This document shows, piece by piece, positions 27,361-37,306 of a DNA stretch of 64,000 bases. Location of the stretch: the NCBI GenBank assembly GCA_004375715.1, contig SOKP01000253.1, positions 16,573 to 80,572 of the forward strand, read 5' to 3'. Within the stretch, counting starts at the first letter, position 1; every line of letters begins with the position of its first letter. Position numbers and translations under genes: made by a program. The stretch is from Promethearchaeota archaeon (lineage in GTDB: Archaea; Asgardarchaeota; Lokiarchaeia; Sigyniarchaeales; SOKP01). Under the pieces are notes generated by a model. It was given only the letters and a program-made list of their open reading frames with translations. It was not told the DNA's origin and made no database searches.

Positions 27361-28881
27361 ATGACAGATCAAAAAATCGGATTTGACAACGAGAAATATT
27401 TAAAAGAGCAATCAAAGAGCATCCTAGATCGAGCAGCTCAATTTGGGAATAAATTGTATATTGAATTTGGCGGAAAGCTTGTATATGATTATCACGCTTC
27501 ACGAGTTCTCCCTGGATTCGATCCAAATGTAAAAATGAAGCTACTAAAGGTGCTTAAGGATAAAATTGAAGTTATTATTTGTATCTACTCCGGAGATATT
27601 GAAAGAAGAAAGATACGAGCAGATTTTGGCATAACCTACGATATAAATGCAATGAAATTAATCGATGATCTTCGAGATGGAGAAATTAACGTAAGTGGGG
27701 TAGTAGTTACACGCTACAATGGACAACAAGTAGTAAAACAATTTATAAATAAACTAGAACGCCGTTATATTAAGGTTTATAGGCATAAATTGATTAGGGG
27801 ATATCCAACTAACATCGATTTAATCATAAGTGAAGAAGGGTATGGTACTAATCCTTACATCGAAACTTCCAAGCCGATAATAATAGTTGCTGCGCCCGGT
27901 CCTGGTAGCGGAAAACTGGCAACATGTCTTTCCCAAATATATCACGATCATACGAGGGGAATCGATGCCGGCTATGCTAAATTTGAGACATTTCCAATTT
28001 GGAATTTACCGTTAAAACATCCCGTAAATATGGCGTATGAATCTGCAACTGCTGACCTTGGTGATTTTAATCAAGTAGATCCTTTTCATCTTGAAGCTTA
28101 TAATATAAAGGCAGTTAACTATAACAGAGATGTAGAGATTTTTCCCGTGGTTAAGAAAATAATGCAGAGGATTATGGATAGTAGTTTAGTATATAAATCT
28201 CCCACAGATATGGGCGTTAACAGAGCAGGTTTTGCTATAATCAATGATGATATAGTGCAACAAGCCGCAAAACAGGAACTCATAAGAAGATATTTGAGGT
28301 ATAGCTGTGAATATATGATGGGTGTCTCAGAAAGGAAGACTGTTCAAAGAGCGGAGTTGTTGATGAAAGAACTGAATCTCACTGTACTCGATCGAGAAGT
28401 TGTAAATAAAGCTCGAGAAGCATCCATAGCAGCTGAAAATAAAGGGAAAGGGAACGAAGGTGTATTTGCTGGAGCTGCATTACAATTGGCCGATGGAAAA
28501 ATTATTACTGGTAGCAATTCTCCTTTGCTGCACGCGGCTTCAAGTTTAATCCTAAATACAATTAAAATATTGGCAGGTATTCCTAAAAATATACATCTTC
28601 TATCTCCCAATATTTTGGAATCCATTAGTTATTTAAAATCGGAAATTTTCAATAACAAACGATTGAGTCTTAATCTTGAAGAAACTCTAATCGCTTTAAG
28701 CATTAGTGCTGATTTCAACCATTCTACTAAGGTAGCCATAGATAAACTTAAAGAATTAAGCGGATGTGAAATGCACTCGACTCATATACCTACTCCCGGA
28801 GATGAAGCTGGTTTGAGACGATTAGGTCTTAATATAACATCTGATCCAAACTTTTCATCGAAAAGTCTATTTATAACCTAA
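27361..28881 (+). CDS. UPF0371 / DUF1846 family protein
   Basis: IGFDNEKYLKEQSKSILDR...KLYIEFGGKLVYDYHASRVLPGFDPNVKMKLL matches the conserved N-terminus of the UPF0371 family as I recall it. Length (506 aa) fits. Confidence 0.75.
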   Translation: MTDQKIGFDNEKYLKEQSKSILDRAAQFGNKLYIEFGGKLVYDYHASRVLPGFDPNVKMKLLKVLKDKIEVIICIYSGDIERRKIRADFGITYDINAMKLIDDLRDGEINVSGVVVTRYNGQQVVKQFINKLERRYIKVYRHKLIRGYPTNIDLIISEEGYGTNPYIETSKPIIIVAAPGPGSGKLATCLSQIYHDHTRGIDAGYAKFETFPIWNLPLKHPVNMAYESATADLGDFNQVDPFHLEAYNIKAVNYNRDVEIFPVVKKIMQRIMDSSLVYKSPTDMGVNRAGFAIINDDIVQQAAKQELIRRYLRYSCEYMMGVSERKTVQRAELLMKELNLTVLDREVVNKAREASIAAENKGKGNEGVFAGAALQLADGKIITGSNSPLLHAASSLILNTIKILAGIPKNIHLLSPNILESISYLKSEIFNNKRLSLNLEETLIALSISADFNHSTKVAIDKLKELSGCEMHSTHIPTPGDEAGLRRLGLNITSDPNFSSKSLFIT

Positions 28882-29507
28882 TCAGAAATCCTGAATATAT
28901 CTATGGTATATTTTTTTAATTGAACAATAGAATCTAACGAAATTAAATCTATTCTGTTTGGTAAATCAACTACATTTAATCTTCTAAACAATTTTTTTAA
29001 ACTCTTTTCGCTTTTATGATAAAGAACCGTGTAAATATTCGTATAAATCCTTAATATTTCTTCTTTTGAAAAGTATTTCCTCTCTTCAAAGGGACCAAAC
29101 ATTAAATACATTGGTACTTTTGGAAGCCATGGCCTCAAAGCTGGCTGGAAATATGGCACATCTATCTTTTTTTGATTAAGTCTATTATAAAAACGATATC
29201 GTGCAAAAATTTGTTCTCTGTCCTGATTATTATAGCGAGATAAATCATGTTTATCAATTTCGTAGAAAAAGCCGATTGGTTTCTCAGCATCAAATTTTTT
29301 AGCCAATTCTATAAAATATTCTTTAACTTCATTCACAAATATCGACCCTAATCCTTTATTCATATATTCTGGTTCAATTGCAAGATAGCTTCCAAAACAG
29401 AAATTAGATGGTATAATATAAACAATAATAGCAAAACCTAAGACTTTTGAAGGATCCTCAACATTTTTTATACCTAACATTATTATATAGGTCTTGTTAT
29501 AAGACAT
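28878..29507 (-). CDS. GNAT-like acetyltransferase, 5' region possibly disrupted
   Basis: YLAIEPEYMNKGLGSIFVNEV resembles the GNAT acetyl-CoA loop. The reading frame continues upstream of the ATG as QLYKNSFPPEEREPWYLLKRGLKRAGTSK, bounded by an in-frame TAA (29595-29597). Confidence 0.5.
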   Translation of the reverse strand: MSYNKTYIIMLGIKNVEDPSKVLGFAIIVYIIPSNFCFGSYLAIEPEYMNKGLGSIFVNEVKEYFIELAKKFDAEKPIGFFYEIDKHDLSRYNNQDREQIFARYRFYNRLNQKKIDVPYFQPALRPWLPKVPMYLMFGPFEERKYFSKEEILRIYTNIYTVLYHKSEKSLKKLFRRLNVVDLPNRIDLISLDSIVQLKKYTIDIFRISD

Positions 29508-29900
29508 TTTACTTGTACCAGCCCGTTTAAGCCCACGTTTTAATAAATACCACGGTTCCCTTTCTTCCGGTGGAAAACTGTTTTTATATAATTGTTAGGG
29601 TATATACATAATTTTAAAAATTAAAATTCAAAATTCATATATTTTCTTATTTAATTTATTTTCTAATCCCATTATTTCATTCTTTAATGTTATTTTTGGC
29701 TCAAAATGTTCCAATTCTTCAACTACCGTATTTAAGGCTTGAATATCATCAATGTCATCAATTTCCAATTCTTTAAAGGCTTGGAATATATTCTTTTCTG
29801 GTATATTTAATAAATCAATTTCAAGAGAATCAAGAAAAATTTTATAAATCTTAAAATCTTAAAAATACTTAATTTATACAAAATAGTAGGGTATAGAAAC

Positions 29901-30038
29901 AATGTCAAAATCAAAAAATATAGACAAGACTAGCAAAGGATTAATATTTGGTTCCGATAATCCGAATGCTATTGAAGTCAAGGATTTGAGAAAGACTTAT
30001 GCGGGCAAGAAAGCCATAGAGGAAGTGAAATCAAATAA
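29901..30038 (+). pseudogene. Remnant of an ABC-transporter ATPase N-terminus
   Basis: 45-aa ORF MSKSKNIDKTSKGLIFGSDNPNAIEVKDLRKTYGGQESHRGSEIK*. AIEVKDLRKTYGG is the usual lead-in to an ABC ATPase. The +1 frame continues KKAIEEV, but no Walker A follows. Confidence 0.35.
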
Positions 30039-30050
30039 GGAGGAATACTT

Positions 30051-30977
30051 ATGAAAGCGATTGTATGTCCAAAATACGGGCCTCCGGATGTTCTTCAGCT
30101 CAAAGAGGTAGAAAAACCTACTCCCAAGGACAATGAAGTACTCATCAAAATATTTGCAACAACAGTAACATCAGGAGACGTGAGAATTCGAAGTTTCACA
30201 GTCCCTTTCTGGCAAAGGCTCCCCGCGCGAATAATTTTAGGTATCAGAAAACCAAAAAGACCTATACTAGGGATGGATCTAGCCGGGGAAATTGAATCAG
30301 TAGGCAAAGATGTAAAACTATTTAGGAAAGGTGACCAGGTTTTTGCATCTGCCGGTTTTGGATTAGGTGCTCATGCCGAGTACATATGTCTGCCTGAAGA
30401 CGGGGTGGTGGCAATAAAACCGGCCAATATGACCCATGAGGAAGCCGCCGCCGTGCCTTTTGGGGCATTATCCGCATTGTTTTTCTTTAGAAAAGGAAAT
30501 ATTCAGAGCGGACAAAAAGTCCTTATCTATGGCGCTTCTGGAGCGGTAGGTACTTATGCGGTACAGCTTGCCAAGTACTTTGGGGCAGAAGTTACCGGGG
30601 TATGCAGTACCACGAATTTAGAATTAGTGAAATCTCTGGGAGCCGATAAGGTAATTGATTACACTAAAGAGAATTTTACAGAAAGAGGAGAGCTTTATGA
30701 TATCATCTTTGATGCCGTTGGAAAAATCTCGAAATCAAATTGTAAGAAAGCACTAACTCCGAACGGGACATACGTGTCAGTTAATAAGGGGTTAGCAAGC
30801 GATGATAGAACTGAAGATTTAATTTTCCTCAAAGAGCTTATTGAGGCGGGAAAGATAAAAGCGGTCATAGATAGACGCTATCCGTTGGAACAAATTGCCG
30901 AGGCTCATAGCTATGTTGATAAAGGGCACAAAAAGGGAAATGTAGTAATAACTGTGGTGCATAATAACAAAACCTAA
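30051..30977 (+). CDS. NAD(P)H:quinone oxidoreductase-like MDR protein (no zinc ligands)
   Basis: [25 protein letters not shown] and Rossmann [17 protein letters not shown]. It lacks the Cys/His zinc ligands of 19895..20911. AAGGAGG lies 7 nt upstream of the ATG. It is markedly GC-richer than its surroundings. Confidence 0.85.
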   Translation: MKAIVCPKYGPPDVLQLKEVEKPTPKDNEVLIKIFATTVTSGDVRIRSFTVPFWQRLPARIILGIRKPKRPILGMDLAGEIESVGKDVKLFRKGDQVFASAGFGLGAHAEYICLPEDGVVAIKPANMTHEEAAAVPFGALSALFFFRKGNIQSGQKVLIYGASGAVGTYAVQLAKYFGAEVTGVCSTTNLELVKSLGADKVIDYTKENFTERGELYDIIFDAVGKISKSNCKKALTPNGTYVSVNKGLASDDRTEDLIFLKELIEAGKIKAVIDRRYPLEQIAEAHSYVDKGHKKGNVVITVVHNNKT

Positions 30978-30995
30978 CAAAGCGTATGAAAGCAA

Positions 30996-31007
30996 TTTTT
31001 TTTTTTT
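30996..31007 (+). terminator. Oligo-T tract (T12) after the quinone-reductase-like gene
   Basis: T12 begins 19 nt after the stop at 30977. Confidence 0.35.
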
Positions 31008-31430
31008 ATTATAAATCCTTTTTTAAAGTTCACAACATTGTTTTCCAAATAATATTTGATTGTAAATCTCTATTAAAGTGTTCTACTCCTAAAATTCTAT
31101 AAGTAAAAAATTTTTTTGTTAATAAAAAAATAATTCTAAAAAATAGGGTTATAACCAAGAAATTTTAAATAATTTTTTTATACTTTTTAATTCTGATTTA
31201 TGTTTCTTGGGATATATTTCAAAAGTTACATACATGTTTAATTCTAATATTTATAACTAAATTAATATTCTATATTGAGAAATTATATAAATTGGAAATA
31301 TAAGGAAATTAGAGCAACAATCATTGAATAAGAGTTCAATTTATTTTATCATCTACTTTTGGAATTCTCTCGAAATTCTTATTAAATGTGTTTGATAGTT
31401 ACTATTTTTATAATGAAAACATAATTATTT

Positions 31431-33161
31431 TTGATACAATCAGAGAAGTGTAATATAAAATTGACAGATGCAAATAATGATAATACGCGATTTATATTCA
31501 TTACGGGAGGTGTAATGTCAGCCGTAGGAAAAGGTGTAGCTACAGCAAGTATAGGAAAAATACTCCAATTTCGGGGATTCAATATATCTGTTGTCAAGAT
31601 TGATCCTTACCTTAATGTCGATCCTGGAACGCTTAATCCTATAGAGCATGGTGAATGTTTTATTACAGAAGATATATGGGATTTTGTACCTGTACCTGGT
31701 TCAGATGAAAGATCATATAGAATCTCTGAAATAGACCAGGATTTTGGAACTTATTCTAGATTCCTTGGTATCGAGATGCATCCTTCTCATAATATTACCT
31801 CTGGGCAAATTTATCTTTCTACAATCTTAAGGGAACGGAAAGGTAAATTTTTAGGGAAAACAGTGCAATTAATCCCTCATGTTACTAATATAATTAAAGA
31901 AAGATTAATGGAAATATCTAGAAATGAAAACTTAGATGTTTTACTAATCGAGTGTGGGGGGACCGTAGGTGATTTAGAATCAAGTATATTTTTAGAAGCT
32001 TTTAGGCAAATTAAATTAGAATTTCCTAAACGTACTGCCTTAGTTCATGTAACTCTTGTCCCTTATTCTCGTGCAGTTGGTCAACAAAAATCTAAACCAA
32101 CGCAACACTCTGTCAAAATGCTTCAGAGTATGGGATTGCAACCAGATGTTATAATCGGTAGGAGTGAAAAACCGCTTGCTGATGATATAAAGTCAAAAAT
32201 TTCCCTTTATTCGAATGTTCCAGAAGCCGCAGTTATTTCAAATCCCGATTTAGAAGTTGTGTATGAGTTACCTTTATTATTTGAGGAACAAGGGCTCGCT
32301 GATTTTCTTTGTGAGTTAATAGATTTAAAAGCTAAGCTTGTATCATTCAGTGAGGTAAATAACTATTCCGAATGGTTGAAGATGGTTGAGATGTATAAAA
32401 ATGCTAACGAACGGGTGAAGATTGCAATGCCCGGTAAATATTTCAATATCTCTGATTCATATATATCGATAAATGACGCTTTAGATCACGCTGCGGCTCA
32501 TCAAGGTTATAAAGCTGAATTAAAAATGCTTAATATAACGGAAGAAACTAATATTTACGAAGAGTTGAAAGATTGTGACGGCATTTTATTAACTCCCGGT
32601 TTTGGAGGGCGTGCAGTTGAAGGTATGATAAAATCTGCGGAATACGCAATGGAAAACAAAGTTCCATTTCTGGGAATCTGTTTTGGAGCTCAATTATTCT
32701 TTGCGGCATTCTGTAGAAAATACCTTGGGCTTAAAGGAGCAAATTCATCGGAAATAGATCCTAATACTCCTTATCCTGTAGTGGATCTTTTATCCAGTCA
32801 AAAGGATGTTACGGAAAAGGGGGGGACAATGCGCTTAGGGGCTCAAAAAATTATTGTTAAAGAAAAAACAAAGCTCTATGATGCTTATCAGCAAAAGGAA
32901 GTTTATGAGCGGTTTAGACACAGGTATCATATCCAAGAGCGATATATTGACGAAAAAGCAAAAGAGAAGGGTTTGATTGTATCTAGTAGAGACGAAACTG
33001 GAAAAATCATTAACAGTATCGAATTAGATAGAGCAGATCATTGGATGATTGGAACGCAATTTCATCCAGAATTCAAATCTAGACCTTACGCTCCATCTAA
33101 GGTTTATTACGATTTTATTAAAGCTTGCACATCATATAAAAATAAACGAAAGTTGATTTAG
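31431..33161 (+). CDS. pyrG: CTP synthase
   Basis: FIFITGGVMSAVGKGVATASIG, KIDPYLNVDPGT, the glutaminase nucleophile GICFGAQL, RHRYHI and QFHPEF. TTG start; the true start may be the TTG at 31461. Confidence 0.9.
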   Translation: MIQSEKCNIKLTDANNDNTRFIFITGGVMSAVGKGVATASIGKILQFRGFNISVVKIDPYLNVDPGTLNPIEHGECFITEDIWDFVPVPGSDERSYRISEIDQDFGTYSRFLGIEMHPSHNITSGQIYLSTILRERKGKFLGKTVQLIPHVTNIIKERLMEISRNENLDVLLIECGGTVGDLESSIFLEAFRQIKLEFPKRTALVHVTLVPYSRAVGQQKSKPTQHSVKMLQSMGLQPDVIIGRSEKPLADDIKSKISLYSNVPEAAVISNPDLEVVYELPLLFEEQGLADFLCELIDLKAKLVSFSEVNNYSEWLKMVEMYKNANERVKIAMPGKYFNISDSYISINDALDHAAAHQGYKAELKMLNITEETNIYEELKDCDGILLTPGFGGRAVEGMIKSAEYAMENKVPFLGICFGAQLFFAAFCRKYLGLKGANSSEIDPNTPYPVVDLLSSQKDVTEKGGTMRLGAQKIIVKEKTKLYDAYQQKEVYERFRHRYHIQERYIDEKAKEKGLIVSSRDETGKIINSIELDRADHWMIGTQFHPEFKSRPYAPSKVYYDFIKACTSYKNKRKLI

Positions 33162-33466
33162 TCGCGAATTACTAACACAACTAAATCTTCTAAACTTTTA
33201 ATACCCCTTGGTTCAGTTTCGCTATAAGTAATATAATCGCTTTCACCTAATTCTACTTCTCCAGAAACAGTAGGAAAAATTGCCTTTCCTTTCAATACTA
33301 AGAAAACAACTGGATGCGACTCGTCGTGAGGTTCGATTTCTGAACCTTTTTTTAAAGAAATTCGCATCACCTTAAACTTCTCTGAAATGTAGATAGGATA
33401 TTTTGCAGGTCCATCTGGTATAAACTTCAGATTATCAAATATATTTTTTTGCTCTAAAATACTCAC
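33158..33466 (-). CDS. Cupin-domain protein
   Basis: 102 aa with GSEIEPHDESHPVVFLVLKGKAIF...GEVELGESDYI, a cupin two-motif pattern. GTG start. Confidence 0.6.
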   Translation of the reverse strand: MSILEQKNIFDNLKFIPDGPAKYPIYISEKFKVMRISLKKGSEIEPHDESHPVVFLVLKGKAIFPTVSGEVELGESDYITYSETEPRGIKSLEDLVVLVIRD

Positions 33467-33631
33467 CTTTTATGTTTAGTGTTAACCGTTAATTTTTTTT
33501 TATAATGTATTCGTTGTTTTAAAACTTCTTATTCAGAATTATAGGAAATAGGTAAGAACAAGAGAACAGTTCTATTCAATTGGGTTTTGATTTACTAACA
33601 ATTAAATTGGTATAAAAAAAGTAAGGAAATA

Positions 33632-35083
33632 CTATTCTGAATCAATATCGAGAATAGTTTTTACTAAATTCTTCTTTTCATCTAAATTTGCTTGTCTTGA
33701 TATCATAATCCTTTGCGCTTGTGGACTTCCTGCTCCGTGCATTGATTCGGTCCTATAACTAACAGAAGCCACGCCCATTGATAAATTTTCAATAAACCTT
33801 AGAACTTTATATCTATCTTCAGCGCATGTTTCTTCACATGTATTCAGATATTTTTCAATTAAATACCCAATTTCCTCCGATTTAAAGTCCGCTTCAGAGG
33901 GCATTGTACAAATTAGACCCCCAGCTAAATCTTCAGCAAGCCGCCCAATTTCATATGGAAAACGAGTAACATTTAGTTTGCATACATTTGCCAAAAGCAT
34001 ATCCATTTCAAAATTTCCTGCTTCCCGTTGGAACCCTAACGAACTGCAAGCAATACCACAACTATATAACGTTTCATTTAAATGAACCATTTCCACAATT
34101 TTATCTCGTATATGAGATGCCTTTTCGGTTCCATTATATTCAGTAATCAACGATGATGCACCGATGAGAACATCGCCTACTCCAACTTTACATCCGCCAT
34201 AAGACTGCCGATGGAAACCCGCAAACCTATTAACTAATTTACCCGTAAATTCTATTTCTCCCTTCATAAATATTTGATCATTTGGTATAAACACATTATC
34301 AAATATTACAAATATTTCTTGGCCACCATACTTGAAGTTTCCTATGTCTAATTTACCGGGTTCCATTTTTCTAGTGTCACACGACTGCCTGCCATAGACT
34401 AATGTTATTCCCTTCTCATTAGTATTAACCCCAAAACTTACAGCGTATTGTTCCTCACCGGGTCGTAAAGAAAGAGTAGGCATAATAATTGCTCTATGTG
34501 AGTTTAAATATCCCGTTTGATGGATTTTAGCTCCGCGAATAATTATTCCGTCATCATTTTCCTCGACAATATGTAAATAAGCGTCTGGGTCAGGTTGGTC
34601 TTTAGGTCTTTTGCTTCTATCTCCTTTAGTATCTGTCATAGCACCGCTCACCATCAAATCTTGAGACTGTACTTCAGTCCAATACTTTTTGAAGCGGTTA
34701 TGATAATCAGTTCCATTTTTTTTATCCATTTCATAGGTTATGCTATATAAAGCGTTAGCGGTGTCAAAACCTACACACCTTTGGAAACAACATGCTGTTT
34801 GTTGACCCAATAATCTCTGCATTTTTACCTTTTTAATTAAATCGTCAACAGATTGGTGAATATGGGTAAATCTATTAATGACTTCACCCATTAAATGAGA
34901 TGTTGTTGTCATTAAATCCTTATACTCGACTATCTGGGCTAGTTCATAGATTTTCATAACTGTATTTATCGATGGTTTAATGATTGGGTGGTTCCAAAAT
35001 TCCTCTACCTTTTCACCAAACATATAGAGATTTACAGGTCGTTGGATGCTTTTTAAATACTCTTCCGGAGTTTTTAAAGTCAA
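33632..35083 (-). CDS. abfD: 4-hydroxybutyryl-CoA dehydratase / vinylacetyl-CoA isomerase
   Basis: 483 aa. CFQRC (C-x3-C) and HRQSYGGC (H-x6-C) reproduce the spacing of the Cys99/Cys103 and His292/Cys299 [4Fe-4S] ligands of the Clostridium aminobutyricum enzyme. The N-terminus TPEEYLKSI...VNLYMFGEKV is typical of the family. Confidence 0.85.
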   Translation of the reverse strand: MTLKTPEEYLKSIQRPVNLYMFGEKVEEFWNHPIIKPSINTVMKIYELAQIVEYKDLMTTTSHLMGEVINRFTHIHQSVDDLIKKVKMQRLLGQQTACCFQRCVGFDTANALYSITYEMDKKNGTDYHNRFKKYWTEVQSQDLMVSGAMTDTKGDRSKRPKDQPDPDAYLHIVEENDDGIIIRGAKIHQTGYLNSHRAIIMPTLSLRPGEEQYAVSFGVNTNEKGITLVYGRQSCDTRKMEPGKLDIGNFKYGGQEIFVIFDNVFIPNDQIFMKGEIEFTGKLVNRFAGFHRQSYGGCKVGVGDVLIGASSLITEYNGTEKASHIRDKIVEMVHLNETLYSCGIACSSLGFQREAGNFEMDMLLANVCKLNVTRFPYEIGRLAEDLAGGLICTMPSEADFKSEEIGYLIEKYLNTCEETCAEDRYKVLRFIENLSMGVASVSYRTESMHGAGSPQAQRIMISRQANLDEKKNLVKTILDIDSE

Positions 35084-35202
35084 TTTTTTATTTCTCCTAT
35101 TTTTATTATAATTAGATCTATTTATCTTAGTTTTTAAAAAAAATTCTGATATTGGTTAACTTCAATACATGCCGTAGCGAGCCCGTAACATTTTGTTTTA
35201 AT

Positions 35203-35994
35203 TCATTTGCCAATAAATTCTGGTTCTTTTTTATCGTTAATAGCAAACACTCCAATTTTAAAATCTTGTGTTTTTGCTGATTTAATCTGCATTTGCCGTT
35301 CGTTTTCAAGATGATTTATTAGAGAACCACTTAGAGCATCAAAAAATAATTGTTTTGTACGCGCAAATGTTAGCGTAGGACCACTAGCAAGTTTGGATGC
35401 CATCTCGTTAGCTCTTTCTATTAATCTTTCTGGGTCAACAACTTCATTTACCAGCCCAAGTTTAAACATATCTTCTGCTGTATATGTGTCTCCAAAAAAG
35501 GCCATCTGAGTTGCTTGTTGCCATGTTAACTGGCGGCTAAGTAGTATAGTTCCAGCAAATCCGGGGATTAACGCAAGCTTACTAAACGATTGTTTGAATT
35601 TCGCTGTATTTGATGCTATAACTAAATCACAAGAGAGAGCAAGGTTCATTCCCGCTCCTACAGCCCATCCATTCACAGCTGCTATAATGGGTTTTGGATA
35701 CTGGCGCAAAATAAGTGCGATCTTATATAGATTTTTTAATAAATCATCCATGAATTCACCTGGTCTTCCCATTTCAATACTTTTCTTAAAAGCTTTTATG
35801 TCACCACCTGCAGAAAAAGCTTTACCAGAACCTGCGATTATCAAACACCTCACGTCTTCTTGATTCCGAATCTGTTCTAAAACTTCAAGCAACGCTTTAG
35901 CCATTTCTTGATTCAAAGGATTGTAATTTTCTGGATCGTTAAGAACAATTTTGGCAACTTTGTTATTTAATTCTAATTTTACTTTACTTTCCAT
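35203..35994 (-). CDS. Enoyl-CoA hydratase (crotonase)
   Basis: FSAGGDIKAF and KPIIAAVNGWAVGAGMNLALSCDL, 263 aa. Confidence 0.85.
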   Translation of the reverse strand: MESKVKLELNNKVAKIVLNDPENYNPLNQEMAKALLEVLEQIRNQEDVRCLIIAGSGKAFSAGGDIKAFKKSIEMGRPGEFMDDLLKNLYKIALILRQYPKPIIAAVNGWAVGAGMNLALSCDLVIASNTAKFKQSFSKLALIPGFAGTILLSRQLTWQQATQMAFFGDTYTAEDMFKLGLVNEVVDPERLIERANEMASKLASGPTLTFARTKQLFFDALSGSLINHLENERQMQIKSAKTQDFKIGVFAINDKKEPEFIGK

Positions 35995-36006
35995 TTAATT
36001 TCACCT

Positions 36007-37224
36007 TTATTTTCCCCACATTCTGACCATTTCTCTTGTGATAAGATATCTCATAATTTCTGATGTACCTGCTGATATTTGCCCGATTTTGGCATCTCTA
36101 TAATATCTTTCTAATGGGTATTCTTCAGAATATCCCAAACCACCAACAACCTGAACCGCTTCTTGTGTAATTCTTACAGTAGCATCTGCGATTCGAGTTT
36201 TAACAGCAGCAACGGAAGCTCTACAGTTATGTCCTTCATCAAGCATTCTAGCAATTTGAGCTATTGCCATCCTATTAAGTTCTATATCTATAAACATTTC
36301 ACTAAGTTTGAAAGAGATACCCTCAAAGGAATAGAGTGGTTTCTTGAATTGGATGCGTTTATGAGCGTACTTGTAAGCTACTTCAAAAGCACTTCGAGCA
36401 AGACCAAGGTATTGAGAAGCGGTAAATGTTCTCTCACCGTCAAGACCGAATAACAAAACATCCAAACCTTCGTTCTCTCTATGAAGTATATTTGCAGCTG
36501 GCACCTTACAGTCTGTAAATCGAAGATGAGAATTGGGCATCCCTCTACGTCCCATATGCTTATATTCCTTAATAACTTCAAATCCCGGAGTATCAGTTTC
36601 GAAAACAAATGCCGAAATCCCTTGATGTGCTTTCACTTGGTCGTTTGTTTTAGCGTATAAACAAATATAATCAGCTACGCTACCATTTGTTATGAAACAT
36701 TTTTCTCCATTAAGAACATAGTGATCACCTTCTCTCACTGCTTTTAATCTCATACCTCCTATTGCATCTGAGCCTCCTGTGGGTTCAGTGATGCCTATAG
36801 CACCTAATTTTGACCCATCAGCTATACCAGATAAGTACTTCTTTTTCTGTTCTTGAGTTCCAAATTCTATTACTGGACCAGCAAACAAACAGGAAGAGGC
36901 TCCGAAAATTCCCGCTAGAGCATAGCTAAAAGCAGTTAATTCTTCCCCTAAAATCGTGCGGTAAAGAATCCCTTTACCTTGACCTCCGGCTTCTTTTGGA
37001 ATGATCATATCAAGATATGGCATTTTTTTTAAAATTTTTACCGCTAATTTAATATCTCTATTTCTATCTATCTGTTCTGCATCTGGAGCGACGTATATTT
37101 CACACCATTCACGGACTTCCATTCTGAAATCGTTTTCTTCTTTCGAATAAAAATGTAACCGGTTTGGCATACAAGAGTATCCAAACTTTAATTTCAGATC
37201 TTCAAAATTTATGTGTGCTGACAT
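36007..37224 (-). CDS. Acyl-CoA dehydrogenase (short/branched-chain type)
   Basis: GAIGITEPTGGSDA, YVLNGEKCFITNGS, GLDGERTF and YYRDAKIGQISAGTSEIM. It starts 12 nt upstream of the crotonase gene on the same strand. Confidence 0.9.
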   Translation of the reverse strand: MSAHINFEDLKLKFGYSCMPNRLHFYSKEENDFRMEVREWCEIYVAPDAEQIDRNRDIKLAVKILKKMPYLDMIIPKEAGGQGKGILYRTILGEELTAFSYALAGIFGASSCLFAGPVIEFGTQEQKKKYLSGIADGSKLGAIGITEPTGGSDAIGGMRLKAVREGDHYVLNGEKCFITNGSVADYICLYAKTNDQVKAHQGISAFVFETDTPGFEVIKEYKHMGRRGMPNSHLRFTDCKVPAANILHRENEGLDVLLFGLDGERTFTASQYLGLARSAFEVAYKYAHKRIQFKKPLYSFEGISFKLSEMFIDIELNRMAIAQIARMLDEGHNCRASVAAVKTRIADATVRITQEAVQVVGGLGYSEEYPLERYYRDAKIGQISAGTSEIMRYLITREMVRMWGK

Positions 37225-37306
37225 AATTCAATTATTTCTCACTTTTTAATTTCTTTTATACATTTATCAGTTTTACTTATATCTTAAAGTTTAGACTAAA
37301 ATGGAT

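Noticed and set aside
29640-29860. An acidic minus-strand reading frame (…IDLLNIPEKNIFQAFKELEIDDIDDIQALNTVVEELEHFEPKITLKNEIMGLENKLNKKIYEF*).
   Set aside because: It is open for about 75 codons but has no ATG/GTG/TTG before the internal Met near its end, and no family is recognisable. It is probably a decayed fragment.
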